Source: Vitrella brassicaformis CCMP3155 (lineage: Eukaryota > Protista > Chromerida). Taken from it: a stretch of 64,000 nt of DNA. The position numbers and the translations under genes are program-made. The notes under the pieces are model-generated. The model saw only the letters and a list, made by a program, of their open reading frames with translations. It was not told where the DNA came from and did not search any database. Location of the stretch: the NCBI GenBank assembly GCA_001179505.1, contig CDMY01000324.1, forward strand, positions 56,051 through 120,050, given 5' to 3'. Shown here piece after piece: positions 23,528 through 36,731 of the stretch (the stretch's first letter is position 1; each line of letters begins with the position of its first letter).

Positions 23528-25653
23528 ATGTCGCACCAGCAGCAGCCCGGCGAGCCGTTCCCCGTGACCCTCTCACGCGGTGGAGCGCCAGCCTTTGCCC
23601 TCTCGGCCTCCAAAGAGTTGGCCTTCGGCATTGACGATGGCTCCCTCTCACCTGACGCAGCGGCCCAGCTCCTGACGCAAGAGAAGGCCGACCCCAACGG
23701 GCGGTACTACGACACTTCCCTCGACCGTTTGGATTCTCTGCTGCATCTGGCTGCCGAGAAGTGTATCGGAGAGGATGGTGCCGCGATGCTGGAGTGCCTC
23801 ATCAAGGACGCTGGAGCGGATGTGAACTTCGTTGATGTTGTTGAGGCCGGCAACAACAGGAGACCACTGGACTCCCTGCTAGCCCGCCTGCGTCGAGCCG
23901 ACCGCCGTCTGCTGTTGGCCCTCCTGCCCATGATCGAGACCCTCCTGAGGCACGGCGCCAGGTGCTACTTTGGTGGTGCTGGTGCGTTGCAGTCGCTCTT
24001 CGCCAGTTCCGCCATGGAAGAGGTCTCGGCCACGGGGTGCCTTGAGGTCGTCACTCGGCTGACCACTGCCGCAGCAGCGGCACCCACACCACCCAGCCTC
24101 GGCGGAGACTTCGCTCTCAGCAAGGCATGTAGGTGCCAATTCCGACAGGAGGAGGACCAGCAGCAGCAGCAGCAGGAGCAGCAGAAGAGAGATGGGGCGT
24201 ATGACAGCCACGCGGACCCCCACATCGCCATTCTCGAGAAACTAGTAGAGGGGATGGGGCGGAAGGTGCTGGAGGGCTTCATCGCCAAGGAGGCGTTGAA
24301 TCACGCCGTCGACCGTCAGAACAGAGCTGTGGTGTATTGGTTGGTGAGGCAGGGAGTGAGGGCTGATGATGACGCACTCTCTCGTGCTCACTGGGATGTG
24401 GATGTGATATCATTGCTGGTGCGTGAGGCAGGAGCTCACGTAGACAGGGGGTGGCGGCAGCCCCTTGTCCGCTTTGTGGGGGGAGGTCACGACACTGCTG
24501 CGCAGCACCTGATCCAATTGGGGGCATCGGTAGACAGAGCACTCACCCACCTTCCCACGACAGCCAGAGATAAGCAGCGCATTTTGTCGGTGTATCACGA
24601 CTATCTCAATCGCTCTGTCCCCACACACGCCATGGGCTTCATCAACACGTCCCTCGCCCCTCTGCGCACTCTGTCTGCCCTGTCGGCTTCCCACTCTGTG
24701 TTCGGTGTGGGTGTGTTGTGCAGTCAGATTGCCTCGTACGTAGAGCCTCTACCGCTGCCCTTCTCTGATCGCACGCCACTCGGGCGGCGGCTCAACGCGG
24801 CACTGTCTTTCTTCGTCTCACGTGTCTGCAATGTGGCCAGCCCCTGTGAGCGGCGCCGTTTGTTTCGGCACACTGCCTTCGTCACGCCACACACCACACA
24901 CACGGACACATCAGATAGCCAGGGAGGGGGAGAGGGAGAGGGCGGGCAGGTAGGCGAGGGCATCGTGTATGGCCTCCGTGACGTGATCCACCTGATTCGG
25001 TGTGAGGAGGCGCTCCACTACCAGCTGCCTGACATCGACAGTGGATTCGGCAATGGCAAGCCATTCGAGTGTGCCTTCGATGGCCGTGTGGTGGTGGGCG
25101 GGGCGGGGGGAGGGCAGTGTGTGGTGCAGACGATAGATAGGTGGGAGGCCATGGGTGAGAGGAGGCCGCCCGGTGCGCTGTGGAGTGAGGAGTCATCGGA
25201 TGATGATGATAGCTCGGACGACTCAGATGAGGATGACGACATCGATGAGGTCAGCAGGGAGGGGCACACAGTCACATGCATGTGATGATCCACTGTTGTG
25301 TGTGTGCAGGACGGCATGGATGAGGACGGCCTGGAGGACGCCGGGGACGGCGACGATCTAGATGAGGTGGAAGGAGGCACATGTGCACACGCATGATTTG
25401 TGTGGTCTGTGTATGTGTAAAGGGTTTCATGGCCGAGGACGGCATGGACGGCGACCTGGGAGAGGAGGACGGCGATATGATCGACGACGATGACGAGCCG
25501 CAGCACACTGAGGACGACCAGTGAGTTGAGGGGGGAGGGGTGGATGGGGGCACTCTGCATGAGTACACACATGGCTGTCTGTCTGTCTGTCTCTCTCACA
25601 GGAGTGTCGATGAGATGGATGAGGAGCACAGCAGCAGCGATCCGCTCATCTGA
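23528..25653 (+). CDS. Ankyrin-repeat protein (lineage-expanded type) with acidic C-terminal tail from three mini-exons
   Basis: 585-codon ORF with ankyrin-like units (SLLHLAAE...LIKDAGADVN, ALNHAVDRQNRAVVYWLVRQG, LLVREAGAHVD, HLIQLGASVD). Spliced D/E-rich exons end ...SSSDPLI* at 25651-25653. Confidence 0.7.
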
Positions 25654-25940
25654 AAGGCTAGGTACGCCAAGCGACTCGCAGACCACCGGCCTCTCTCCTC
25701 TGCTGCTGCTCACGGCTGTGTTTGGTTGTCTGTGTGCTTCAGATCACAGAAAGTAGCTATTGGTTGAGTGGCCGGCCGTTGGTGCCCCCATCACGCCCAT
25801 GACCGACGAGTACGTGTCGTGGGCCCCCTACCAGCAGAAGGCCTCTCTTGCTGGAGATTCGCTGCCTGGCTGGATGCATCCACCCACCCACCCATCCATC
25901 CATCCATCCATCCATCCATCCATGTGTCTTCGTGTGTGTT

Positions 25941-26089
25941 CATGTGTGAGACCATTTGCGTGTGTGTGTATGGGGGGTGGTGTCCATCTCGATGCGTTCG
26001 TTCATCGTGTTGTTCATTCAACCCGTGTGTACAGCTAACTAAGAGCTTGGCGGCAAGAAATCTCCTTTACCCACTCACTCATCCATCCG
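25941..26089 (+). repeat. Copy B of the diverged dispersed non-coding element
   Basis: Same ordered blocks as 137-255, in the same orientation. Confidence 0.8.
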
Positions 26090-26309
26090 CCCTGGCCCCT
26101 TCCCCTGCGGCTCAGCGCTTGTCCGTTGCAAGGTCCCTTCCCCGGCTTAGCTCGCCTCTTGAAGTTCTGAGCTCGCAATTTTCGTCGGCCCCCCCGGCCG
26201 TCGATATTTGACCCTTCCCAGGCCGCCCCTTCTCTCGCCATCTGTTGGCCCTTGCTGTTGAGACTCTGTTGAGTGAGACGGTGTCTATCTGCGTTGCGAT
26301 TGAGTGAGG

Positions 26310-28431
26310 ATGCTGCCCTTCTACCCCTACAGAGGCCACTGGATGGGCACGGCGCCTGCTCGTCCGCCTCCCCCCACATCTGGTTCTCCACAATTCATCC
26401 GTTTCCCCATCGCCTCGCCTCAACTTGCCCCACCTCCCCCGGCAGTTCACATGATGCGTCCTATCGTCTGTCCTCCTCTCGTCACACAAGGCCCCTCTTG
26501 CGTGCCGCCGCATCCCACGCCCGCTCCTCCCTTTGCCGGGCGCCCCAATGCCATAAGGCCCCCTCTCGTCCCCCCGAGCTCATTCTTCGTCCCGCCATAC
26601 CCCACCGTCGCCCCTCCCGCGTCTGCCATGCGGGTGAGACCCCCTCTTGTCGGCGCCCCTCCCCTGAGGCCTCCCATTTCGCCTGCTGTTTTCGCTGGGT
26701 CAGCAGGAAAACGGAGCCCACATCTGACTGGCAATGCCTCGGAATGCTGTTGTGTCGTTTGTGTGTGTCTATGACTCAGATCGCATCATCATGTGCGAGT
26801 GGCTGTACAGGTGTCACAAGCAGCCGTCACGAGACATCATCCTGCCGCAGCTGCATCTCTGTCATCTGGTCGGTCTTTTCCACTCCAGAATCGCCTTGTC
26901 TCTTTCCACCATGTCATGTGTGCGTCTCGGACAGGTCCGGTGACCGTCACGCCGGCGCCAGCCGACGATCGTCCTGTGTTCGGCAAGTGGAGGTCCAGAG
27001 ACGTTGTCCCGCCGCCACCGCGTTGTCTGATTGGCCCTGCAAGTCCGCGGCCGCTGATGAGCCAGCAGCAGCTGCGCAGCAAGCGCAGGAGCATCTTCAA
27101 GTGGACCAGGCGCAGGACTAACAATACGCAGGTGGACGAGCATTGATTGACTCGTCCGTACTTGGGGTTATCCGCACTTCGTGTCTGTGTTGATATGGGT
27201 GTGTGTATATTTGCAGAGACACGCTACCTGGGGCGAGAGCAGTGCCCACATGGTTCCGTCTGAGGTGTGGCGTCAGGGGGTGGTGTCGTCCCTTCCTCTG
27301 GCCGACGTGGTGGCCCTGCGCAACACCTCGTCTACCTTCAGCTGCCGAGACGTGTATTCTGTGCCTGTCGACGTCTGGCGGGAGCTGATGATGCCCTGCT
27401 TTGCTGTGAGGGATCTGGCGGCCATCCGGACCACCTCTCGCAGCTTCGGCATGTCAATCGTCTCCGCCAGGGAGATGCTGCATCGCCTTGACGCTCTCCT
27501 TGAGGGCCACAAGCTCACGGGGATCATCGATATCGAACGCGCAGCAACAGGAGCCGGGATTGGTGGCCTGCAGTTTTTCCAAGCCCTGCTCCAGTGCTGT
27601 TATCTGCTGGAGCAGGGTGCTACCGAGTGGCGGATGATGAGACATTTCATCCGTGCAGCGGCATGCTATCGGCTGACCCCTGACAGCGGGCTGCCTCTGA
27701 AGGTGTCGGCTCAGCTGGTGACTGAGGAGCTGCCCACCCTGCCCACCGACCAGCCCCTGATGATGGCCATCTATCGGCTTATTGGGCCTCTGCTGACCTA
27801 CCCCTCCGGATACACACTGGCGCTGCGGGACGGTGACGATGAGGGAACCTATCGACTCGGCAGTTATGAGTTCCGTGTGGTGCCGCCGACTGAACTGCCC
27901 CCCGGCCATCGGTATGCGCATAGATACAAGGCGGCCGATCCTGTGGTGCGGCTAGGGCCGTTTGCGGAGGGATCCCGGCTGCTGCCGTCCTTCTCATCGC
28001 TGCTGTTCCACTGCCTCTGTGAGCGTTGGCATATCCGACCCGCACCCAAGGAGAGAACCGTGCTGTACAAACTCTTGGGGCATGCTGACCCGAGGTATCG
28101 GTCTCTGCTCACGAGCGACATTCCTGATGAGGACGGCATTGTCGCGGACAGCCTCGTCGACAACGGAAACCTGCAGGCGGACGCGGCTGAGCATCGCTAT
28201 GTCCTCATCAGCGGCTATCGACCGGACGAGACATCCGGCGGCATTCTCTCGGTGGGAGGCGGCAGCGTCAGTCTGCTCACCAACGAGGTGCCCATCGGAC
28301 TCGCCGATTGGATGACTGACGCCCGTCTGCCCGTCGCGATGCCGCCATTGCGGCGGGTGCTGAGGCCCTTCAACTTAGAGTGGGACATCATCGACAGTCG
28401 GCGACTCAACACGGAATACTGGATGGACTGA
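26310..28431 (+). CDS. Hypothetical protein: proline-rich N-terminal exon(s) plus a domain starting with two F-box-like repeats
   Basis: Pro-rich ORF 26304-26774, splice sites near 26699/26935/27131/27217 and a long final exon (27181-28431). It contains VPSEVWRQGVVSSLPLADVVALRNTS and VPVDVWRELMMPCFAVRDLAAIRTTS. Confidence 0.6.
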
Positions 28432-28761
28432 TGCGTATTAGTCGCCCGGCCAGAAGGGGAGACAGGTAGCTGTGAGTTGTGTTTGTATGTCTACGAAGGG
28501 CACATCCATGAATGAGACATTGGCTGAGTGGCGGCTGAATGCACGAGCGGGCAGCGGATCGGATTTTTCTAATCGATTGAAATGAGAACCCTGAGTCTGT
28601 CGATCAGCGACTTGAGGGGACATGAGACACGGCAAAAAGTGCAATCGTTGAAAGCATGCTCACAGAGAGAAATCCAACAAGCCCTTCATTGATTCACCTC
28701 ACCACACCACACCCTACCACACAACTCACATCACCTTGCATCACATCACATGGCCCCCCAG

Positions 28762-31700
28762 TCAGTCGCCCGTCTGCACAACCAGGCGTAGCACCTCTAC
28801 CTCATCGGCGCGAATGAGCTTATTCGTCGGCTCCCACATCACTCGCACGACACACAGCCCTTCCCCCGGTGTCCCTGCTGAATCCGGTGCCCACAGCCCC
28901 AGCAATACCATACACCCATTTGCGTCCAAGTCTCTCACCGTCATTTTACCATAATGATCCAGTGCCATTCGTCTCAACGCTAGGTCGCGAAAGAATGGTC
29001 CACTCGGGAAACACGACTGAAACGTTATCTGTGCACCCCCTGTCGTCTTGAAGATGAGTCCATCAGAGGAATTGCGGTTGCTGTGCCCATCGCAGACAAC
29101 GAGGCTAGGCGGGCGTGCCCCCACTGGCAGCTCAGGCGCTGGATGCAGGCTGGTGTCGATGAAGCAGCCGTGGATTGACGCGTCGCTGCGGATTAGGAAG
29201 ACGAGACAGCTGGCATCGCCAACACGATTGAGCATATCGGTGTACGCAAATCCATGCACGGTGCCCCTGCAAGGACGCCACGCGCAAGAATAAGGAATTC
29301 AGCAGCAAATCAAGGAAGGCCGGATCACGTAAGTATCGTAATACTTGTACAGCAGCTCGACGCCTGTGATGTGTTTGCCCGTCTTCTGCAGTATGGCCAT
29401 CAGCTGACTAACGGAGACGGTCACAGAGGGGCTGGGGATGCACGGCCCATCGCCATGCAGCCGCATCATGGGCTCCATCACCATTCCGTGTCTCTCCATC
29501 TCTGACAGAAGTGACGCCTTGAGACGTTCAGGCGCGTATGGGGGGTCGATTCCACTCATGGGTGCAGCAGCACGCATTCGCCCGGCAAAGTCACGAACAA
29601 GCATCCCCGCAGAGACATCAGGGCTAAGTGAGGAGAGGTAGCGATCCGGCATCCGGGTCATGTTCTGGAAGGTGGCCAGCGGCGGCTGCTGCGATTGGCT
29701 TGCTGTGAGCGATGGGAATGGAGGTCCAGTAGTGCTTCGCGAGTAGGCAAATGCTGCCCCCTGCATCTGATGGCAGACAGGGGGAAATGACATGGTGTCC
29801 GATGCCTTCTGCGCCGATATGATCCCACCTACCCGCTTGATGTCGCTGGCCGTCAAGACGAGGCGGCTCTCCACTTCTTTCCATGTCCAAAAGACCAGGT
29901 CAGGGCCGAAGCGTCGTTCTGTGGCCATATTGAGAGCATCCAGATGGGATGAGACATCGGGGCTATCGGGCAGGACGATTGTCAGGCTATTGATGGATTG
30001 GATCTCGAGCAACGACCATATGCTCGACAGCAGGAAGGTGCCGGGCTCAACAGCATCCGAATATGGCACTGCAGTGAGTGAGACATAGAGACATAGAAAC
30101 CCCAAGCCGTCAAATAAAACGAGCGGACTCGTTTATGTCTTACCATCCAGGTGTATGACTAGGCTGTTGATGTGGGGCATCTGGTCCTTGTGATCGCCCA
30201 GTGTGATGCCCTCCCTCTCGTTCTCAGCCTTGACGAACTCCCGACGATCCTCAGACATGAGCCCGAAAGTCAGCGTGCTGAACCCACCGTGGCCTCCACC
30301 GATGAGCGCTTGGCGCACCTCTGTCTCGCTGCCGCCAATGACAAACGTCTCCAGCGATGGCATGTGAGGCCTCATGACGGCTGCGAGCCGGGATGCGGCC
30401 TCTTCCTTGACGATGAGGACCTTGACCTTCTGGAGCTTCTCTTTGATGGCCAGCAGCCTGATGTTCGCATGCTGTCCATCGCCTGGCCGCAACGACTCAA
30501 GTGTCAGCTCTCTCGGCACCCCCGACGTGCTCATTTGCCCAAGCAGGACCAACACGTCTGTCGCGGTCAAGTCCATCAGATGCATGCTGTCGAGACGCGG
30601 CCCTTTGCTCAGCACTGCTTTGGCAACCCCCAGCCCAATGCGACTCGAAAGCGTCAGGCTCTTCACGGCCAGGAGGCCATCGCTCTTGAAGGCCTTGAGT
30701 TCGGCAGGATCTGGCGGGATGGCGTTGGCTGGTGGAGTGAATCCCTCGGCACACTTGATGGAGATCGTGCACCTTGTGAAGCTGCAGATAAGCCTGAGGT
30801 CGTCCACCATGCTGTCGTCGATGGTATCGTTCGATCTGTCCAGTTGGTCTTGTGTGACGGTCCACACGTAGTGGTATGCAGCAGATGATGGTCGCAATTT
30901 AGCGTCCGGTTTCGACGAGAGGACACTCGGGGTCCTCAACTCGGGGCCCCATTCGCACGTTACAGTACTCCAACAGGGCACTGAGCAGTTGTGGACCGAA
31001 GCCGGAGACCTCGGGGAATTGGGTATAAGCCAGGAGATGGTTGAGCGGAAATTCGATGTCTCCACTGCCGTCGGCTGAAGAGAAGCCGTCGACTGAAGAG
31101 ATGTTACCAACAAGGACGGTGGACGGAAAGTGGAGACATCGACGAAGGGGGCCGCAAATACGCTCTACGAAGGTGGCCACGGCTTTGAATGTATCGTAGT
31201 CGTTGAGCAAGAGGGAATGGCAGTCGCTGTCCGACACAACGAGCACCAGGTCTACCAGCGACTTCGAGCACCCACGGTCCACCAAACACTTCTGCAGACA
31301 GTGGGAAGCAAGAGAGATCGGCATTACTGACGCCACCATTTTCCCTGCTTTCTGTGTCTCAGTCTGTACCTGCAGCTGCCGGATTCCGTCTCTGATGTCG
31401 GTCGGTTCAAGTCCATAGAATTTGATGCTGTCGACATACTCAAGCTTTGCCAGAGGCCCCTCAGTTCCCGGCTTTGCCGGAGGGATGGCCTCAAGCAGCT
31501 CAGCAAGCTGCGGTGGAGCAGCGGGAACCCTCACGTGTAACTGCTGAAGGGATCTGGTTGAAGCAATGACTGGTCTGATGCAGTCGTTGTCCTCGGTCGC
31601 CACATCCATCACGCTCTCGAGCGCTGGCAGGGCCCATCCCCGCCCATTCACCACAGAGTGGCCGTCGTGGACGCACTCGAAATCCGTGAGGGCCGGGAGG

Positions 31701-32551
31701 TTGATCGATTGGGAACGGACGGCGGCAGGAGGAACGGCATTCACAGTGTTGGCCCGCTCGATCTCAGGGAGCCCAATGTTTGGAATCCGCACCGTTTCGA
31801 AGGTCAACGACTTGAGGGACCCCTCGCTCATCGTGGTGGCAGGCCCTGCTTCTGTCGCGCTATTTTTTGCCCCAGCGCGTGGCCCTCGATGAGCGCGATG
31901 ACGCTTCCGAAACACCACAATGGTGCATCGATGTAATCGTCGTCGTCATCGTCATCAGAATCCTCACTCAATGAATCATCGTCATCGTCCTTCGAAGCCC
32001 ATGAACACGGAAAGCGGTGTGTGACGGCAGTCAGGTTGATCATCTGCTTGCCGAGCTCGTGTGCCGTCTGCGGGGTCATCTGCTCCCAAAAGTTCCTTTG
32101 GCATGTGTTGCTGTAGTCGATGACGAGCCCCGTGTGGTGCTGTAGGACAATGCCGCTGACTGGCGAGGGCAGGGGCGGCTTGAGACACCACACGGGGTTG
32201 ATGAAGGCGTACAGACCGACTTGAAGCTCACGAGGCTGCACATCGACAGGCGACAGACGAGAGACACACCCTATCGGCTGCGTCTTGGGTCCTCTCTTTG
32301 TCCCTCTTACCACTGGAATGCCTTGCCAGCCCTGCATCCGAATGGCCTGCACGAAGTATCGGAGAGAGAGAGATGCATGACGCATGGGTGCTTGTGGTCA
32401 CGTGTCTTGCCTTGAAGACGCCAGCCATCGCTTTGTTGTCCGCCGCAGAGGCATTGTTGCCAGCGGGGTGACCCGAGGAAGAGGCTTCATCGTTCTCGCT
32501 GCCTGAGGGCAAAGCAATTGGGGCAAAGTGAAATGGCAACAGATAGACCAT
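28762..32551 (-). CDS. Large lineage-specific protein with LRR-like middle and C-terminal TLDc-like domain, spliced
   Basis: ORFs 31828-32385, 30899-31918, 30133-31113, 29299-30105 and 28762-29259 join through GT-AG sites (for example GTAAGAC donor near 30140 and CTGCAG acceptor near 30070). The last exon CLVFLIRSDASIHGCFIDTSL...ADEVEVLRL resembles TLDc. The start codon is uncertain. Confidence 0.6.
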
Positions 32552-32757
32552 ACACTTTCGCCATGCATGATCAAGCGTACCAGGGCGACATCGTCGCCTC
32601 CGAGTCATTCTGTGGGCAGGCGGGGCGGCCCGATCGTCTGCAGTCAATCTGCAGTTGCGAGCTTTGCGGGGCGGGGAGGCGAGGCGACCGACACATGGCT
32701 CCTTTGACGTGTTGTACAGCATCGGGCACTCATAGATCTGAGTGACTGAGAAGCGGC

Positions 32758-34943
32758 ATGGCCTCGCCAGCCCTCGACGCGCCGTTCTGGTCAGGCGAGG
32801 ACGGGCCGGAGGTGTACTGTCCGTCGCGCTGGGGTGTGTGGTCGCCAAACGACCAAGAGTGGACATTCATGGTGCAGCAGATCTGGGAGGTGAGACCAAA
32901 CACTGACATGAAGTGCATGCCACATGCAGCAATGCCGCAAGTGTGGTTCTCTTGTGATCAGGAGGAGAGCATGGCGCTCAGGTGTTCGTCGCACAGCGAC
33001 GCTCCCCGCATCCCCAAGATCATCCACCAGATCTGGCTCGGAGGCAACCAGATACCGCCGGAATGGTACGGCAGACACACATCCGCACATAGCTTGTCAC
33101 AGGGAACACAACGCTCTCTCTTTCTCTCTCTCTCTGTGTGTGTGTGTGTGTGTGTGTGTGAGTGTTCAGTATCCCGTGGATGGAGTCGTGGAAGCGCTAC
33201 CACCCTGACTGGGAATACAAGTGGGCATACAGTTTGGATTGCGCACTACTCTGGTTTTCCTGCATTGGACTGCGTGTGGTCAGGCTGTGGCAAGATGGCG
33301 ACCTGGAGAATCTCCCGTAAGGAACGCAAAGCCAACAGCACCACACAACGTTGCAATGCATTGACGTTTGTCCTGCCTGCCTGCCTACCTGCCCGTGTGA
33401 TGGTTGTGTGCAGGCTGCTGCCCCGCTGCCGTGCGTTGATAGCATCGGCCTCCAACCCGGCAGAGAAGGCCGATATACTGCGGCTGGAGGTGGATGGGCA
33501 TCAGAGAAGCCTGCCTGGCATGAGAGAGGGATGCCGTCGTCGACTATGTGTCTGTCGCCTGTGTGTCTGCTATCTGTCAGCTGTTGCGGCTGTTTGGTGG
33601 GCTGTATGTGGATGTGGATTTTGAGTGCCTTCAGCCGATGGACCGACTCCACCACACGTACTGTACCTACGCCGCTATACGACGCCCACCTGCCTGGCCT
33701 GCCGTGCGCGGCGGCATTACTCTCTCCTTCTGTCCGCTGCGTTGTTTTGCTGAGTGCCTGCAGGTGTGACTTCTACTGCGGCGCTGCGAGCGTCGGCGTA
33801 TTCGAAATCAACAACGGCCTCATCGCCGCCAAACCTGGTCGGCCCTTGGCACACACGGACGGGAGAGGGATGGCGGGGCGGAAGGTGTGCATGCCATGCC
33901 ATGCCATGCGTGGTCTGTCTGGTCTGGGTGTGGTGTCCCTGCCCTGCGCGTGCCTGCCTGCCTGCCTGCCTGCCTCACACGAATGACATGTGGTTCGAAC
34001 GTTCAGGTAGTGCGCTGGTGTGGTACCTGCTGGAGCGCATCGGGCTGGCGTGGGTGGAGTGGGGCAAGGAGGACGTCGACCCCAAACACCAAACATTCCA
34101 CATTCTCAACCAAAAAGGGTGCGGTGCGTTCGTAGAGTAGACAGACACTCATAAAGGGAGGCGGGCAACACCACACCACACCACACCCTTCCCCCTCCAC
34201 ATCCCCACTTCTGTCTGTCTGTGTGTGCTTGTCTTGTTGTCCTTTGTCTGTCAGGGCCTTCTCGCTGGAGATGCTTCACAGTCTGGGTGTGGTGCCGCGT
34301 GAGATGATGGGCCTGGCTGGTGTGGGGGGTGCGGACACCCGGCAGCCCACCCCGGCTGAGCAGGTGGCCATGAGCATGGGGGCCGACCTGGGCGGCGGGG
34401 CGGGGGCGGGCAGGAAGCCCAACGAACCATTTGCACCATTCATCGCAACCACAGGTACTCCCTACTGCAGCTGGTGAGAGAGGTCAACACCTGCAAACGA
34501 CTGACTGATGTGTGGCAGGTCCCGGCTTCTTCACGCGGGGCATCATGCGCTACTTCCGTGACCGCTTCAACCCTCCCCCCGCCCTGCCCTCCGCATCCGG
34601 ACCCTCCAGCAGCTCGGAGTCGTCATCGGCCGCAGCGGCCTCCGCACCATCGCCCGCCCCCATCGACTACAGCGAGAAGTGCGTGGTCTTCCCGCCGCGG
34701 TTCTTTTTCCCCACACCCAACACGCAGCACCGAGACCAACACATGCAGCCGGTGAGCATAGCCCGGAAGGGACACAGTTGCGTGAAGGAGGCGAGGCATA
34801 CCGACTTGTCTGTCCTCCTTGTTGTGTGTGGGGGTGTGTAGGGTGAGCGTCATTATGGCGAGTGTTCGTTGGCCGTGCACCACTGGCGGCGGACGTGGCG
34901 CGCACCCACGCCGGGGCAGCAGGGCGGGCCGACGCCGCACTAG
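32758..34943 (+). CDS. Glycosyltransferase family 32 (DXD sugar-binding; OCH1/SUR1-like), spliced
   Basis: IPKIIHQIWLGG, WMESWKRYHPDWEYKLW, PAEKADILRLE|LLRLFGGLYVDVDFECL, INNGLIAAKPG and a C-terminal AVHHWRRTW. Confidence 0.85.
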
Positions 34944-35891
34944 CTGCTGTTGGGTTGCACGAGGAGGAAAGTGGCGTGAAGGTCACTCACGCGTGTCGCG
35001 GGATGGATGGATGATCCCCGTGCATGTGTGTGTTTCTGCCGGTCAATGCGATGCGATTGTGTGACCAGTTTTTGTTCCAGTGGTTTGTTGAGTGATTTGA
35101 GCCCCTACTGCACCCGTTGTCGGATAGAAATGCGTCTCATTTTGTCTGACGGCGGGTGTTCACGAACAAACCAACAGGAGAGAGAGATGATGGAATAGCT
35201 TCCTGTGTTTTCAGCCATGCATACGACTGGGATGCTTTCGAAGCTTTGGAGACGATTGATTTAATGCGCGTTCGTTGTCCCACCCATCCATCCATCCCCA
35301 TGTGTTATCCCTCTGTCGGACCCCATCCATGCCATACCATGCCATGCACCCCTTATCGGTAGGTACCACACGAGAGAAGACACCCACCCAGTAGACCCAG
35401 CCGGTCAGTCAGTCAGTCAGCCAGCCAGCCAGAAAGCAAATCACAGCCCAGCTAAGGCAGCCAGCCCATAAGTATACACACACCATCCTACCTATCCTAA
35501 GTAGGTGGAGTGAACATTGCATCGGGGGCAGGTGGATGAGGTGGGGTGGGGTGTGGGTGTGAGTGTGTCCATCCTAGTTGCCCTAGCCGTCCCTAGCCGT
35601 CCCTAGTCGTGCAGCACAGCATCAGCATCCATCCATCCTGTGGGGTGGGGTGAGGAGGGTCACTCATGCAACAAGGGGGAGGGCTTCGGAATGCAGCAGA
35701 CCACCCACACACATGGCACGGAAAACACATACATCCGATTGAAAGCCACAGACAGACAGCCGTCCGACTTTCTTTCTTTCTGGCTTGGCTGACCTCCGAA
35801 GAAAGAGACAGCGGCCTGGATGAGTATGATGACGACCCTCCAGCAGCGCTGCCGCCACACGCCGCCCACCTCGTCCTTCCTCAAGTGGCAC

Positions 35892-36731
35892 TCAACCCTC
35901 CCAGCGCTGCCGGGCGCGACGCTCGAGTGGCCAGGAACCTGACGGCCAGACGCGAGACCAACACTGCAACGAAGAAGGCGCAATGGAGTTTTGCACCTTA
36001 TATGGGTGATCTGCGCGACGATTGTCGTCGGCGTATGACGAATTCTCCACCACCGTGGCCCGGCCAGCAGCAGCGCCACCATCGGCGCATCCACCTTCCC
36101 CCTGATCATCGTGTTCATTGCCGCCTTGCAGAGCCTTCCTCAGGTCGCGTTCGGTGGCTGGTGGCCTATAGTCATCCTGTGTGGGTGCGCGGCGCTGCTG
36201 AGCAGCGATTTTGTCCTGGATGTCCTCGAAGACCGATGACGTCTGGAGGTAGTCCAGGAAGAGGCAGGGGATCAGGATGTTGGCCACCACCAGCAACACC
36301 TGAGCCAGCTTGCTCGGCAACATGTACGAAAGGAGGAAGGGGAAAGGAGGAAGGGCCAAAGGGCCTCCTCGGGAAGAAGCTCGCGCCACGTAAACGGAGG
36401 AGAATCGCGGAATAATGGAAGGCCCGCCCAGCCATTTTTCTTCGGTGTCGGGTACGATGGACATGCGCCAGCGTCTGCAGCAGTGGAAACAGGGCAAGGA
36501 AGGGTAAGAACGCCCATCCGAACACAGATCTCCCACCTCTGCCGCATTCCAACCTCTGATCTTACCTCCCATGTGTGTATGACGCAGGGATCGCAGCCAC
36601 ACAGGTGCGCAGCGGCGAGATCCGAGTGCAGGGCCAGCGCGGCTGAGGAGCGGAGTCGCGCCTCTTCGCCAGAATGGTGGTGGTGTAGGGGGGCTGCGGA
36701 CGAGTGGCAGTGCGGGCAATCTAAGAGCCAT
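35892..36731 (-). CDS. Hypothetical protein with transit-peptide-like N-terminus and one hydrophobic segment
   Basis: Open frame of about 280 codons. MALRLPALPLVRS... is basic and hydroxylated, and there is a TM-like stretch LLSYMLPSKLAQVLLVVANILIPCLFL. No family recognised. Confidence 0.4.
   Translation of the reverse strand: MALRLPALPLVRSPPTPPPFWRRGATPLLSRAGPALGSRRCAPVWLRSLRHTHMGGKIRGWNAAEVGDLCSDGRSYPSLPCFHCCRRWRMSIVPDTEEKWLGGPSIIPRFSSVYVARASSRGGPLALPPFPFLLSYMLPSKLAQVLLVVANILIPCLFLDYLQTSSVFEDIQDKIAAQQRRAPTQDDYRPPATERDLRKALQGGNEHDDQGEGGCADGGAAAGRATVVENSSYADDNRRADHPYKVQNSIAPSSLQCWSRVWPSGSWPLERRARQRWEG

Noticed and set aside
32347-32410. GC-AG intron in the TLDc-like gene
   Set aside because: AAG|GCAAG looks plausible, but an in-phase GT donor lies 9 nt further on, so a GC donor is not required.
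35581-35610. CCCTAG repeats as interstitial telomere
   Set aside because: The unit is a 10-mer (CCCTAGCCGT) x3 rather than a contiguous telomeric hexamer or heptamer.
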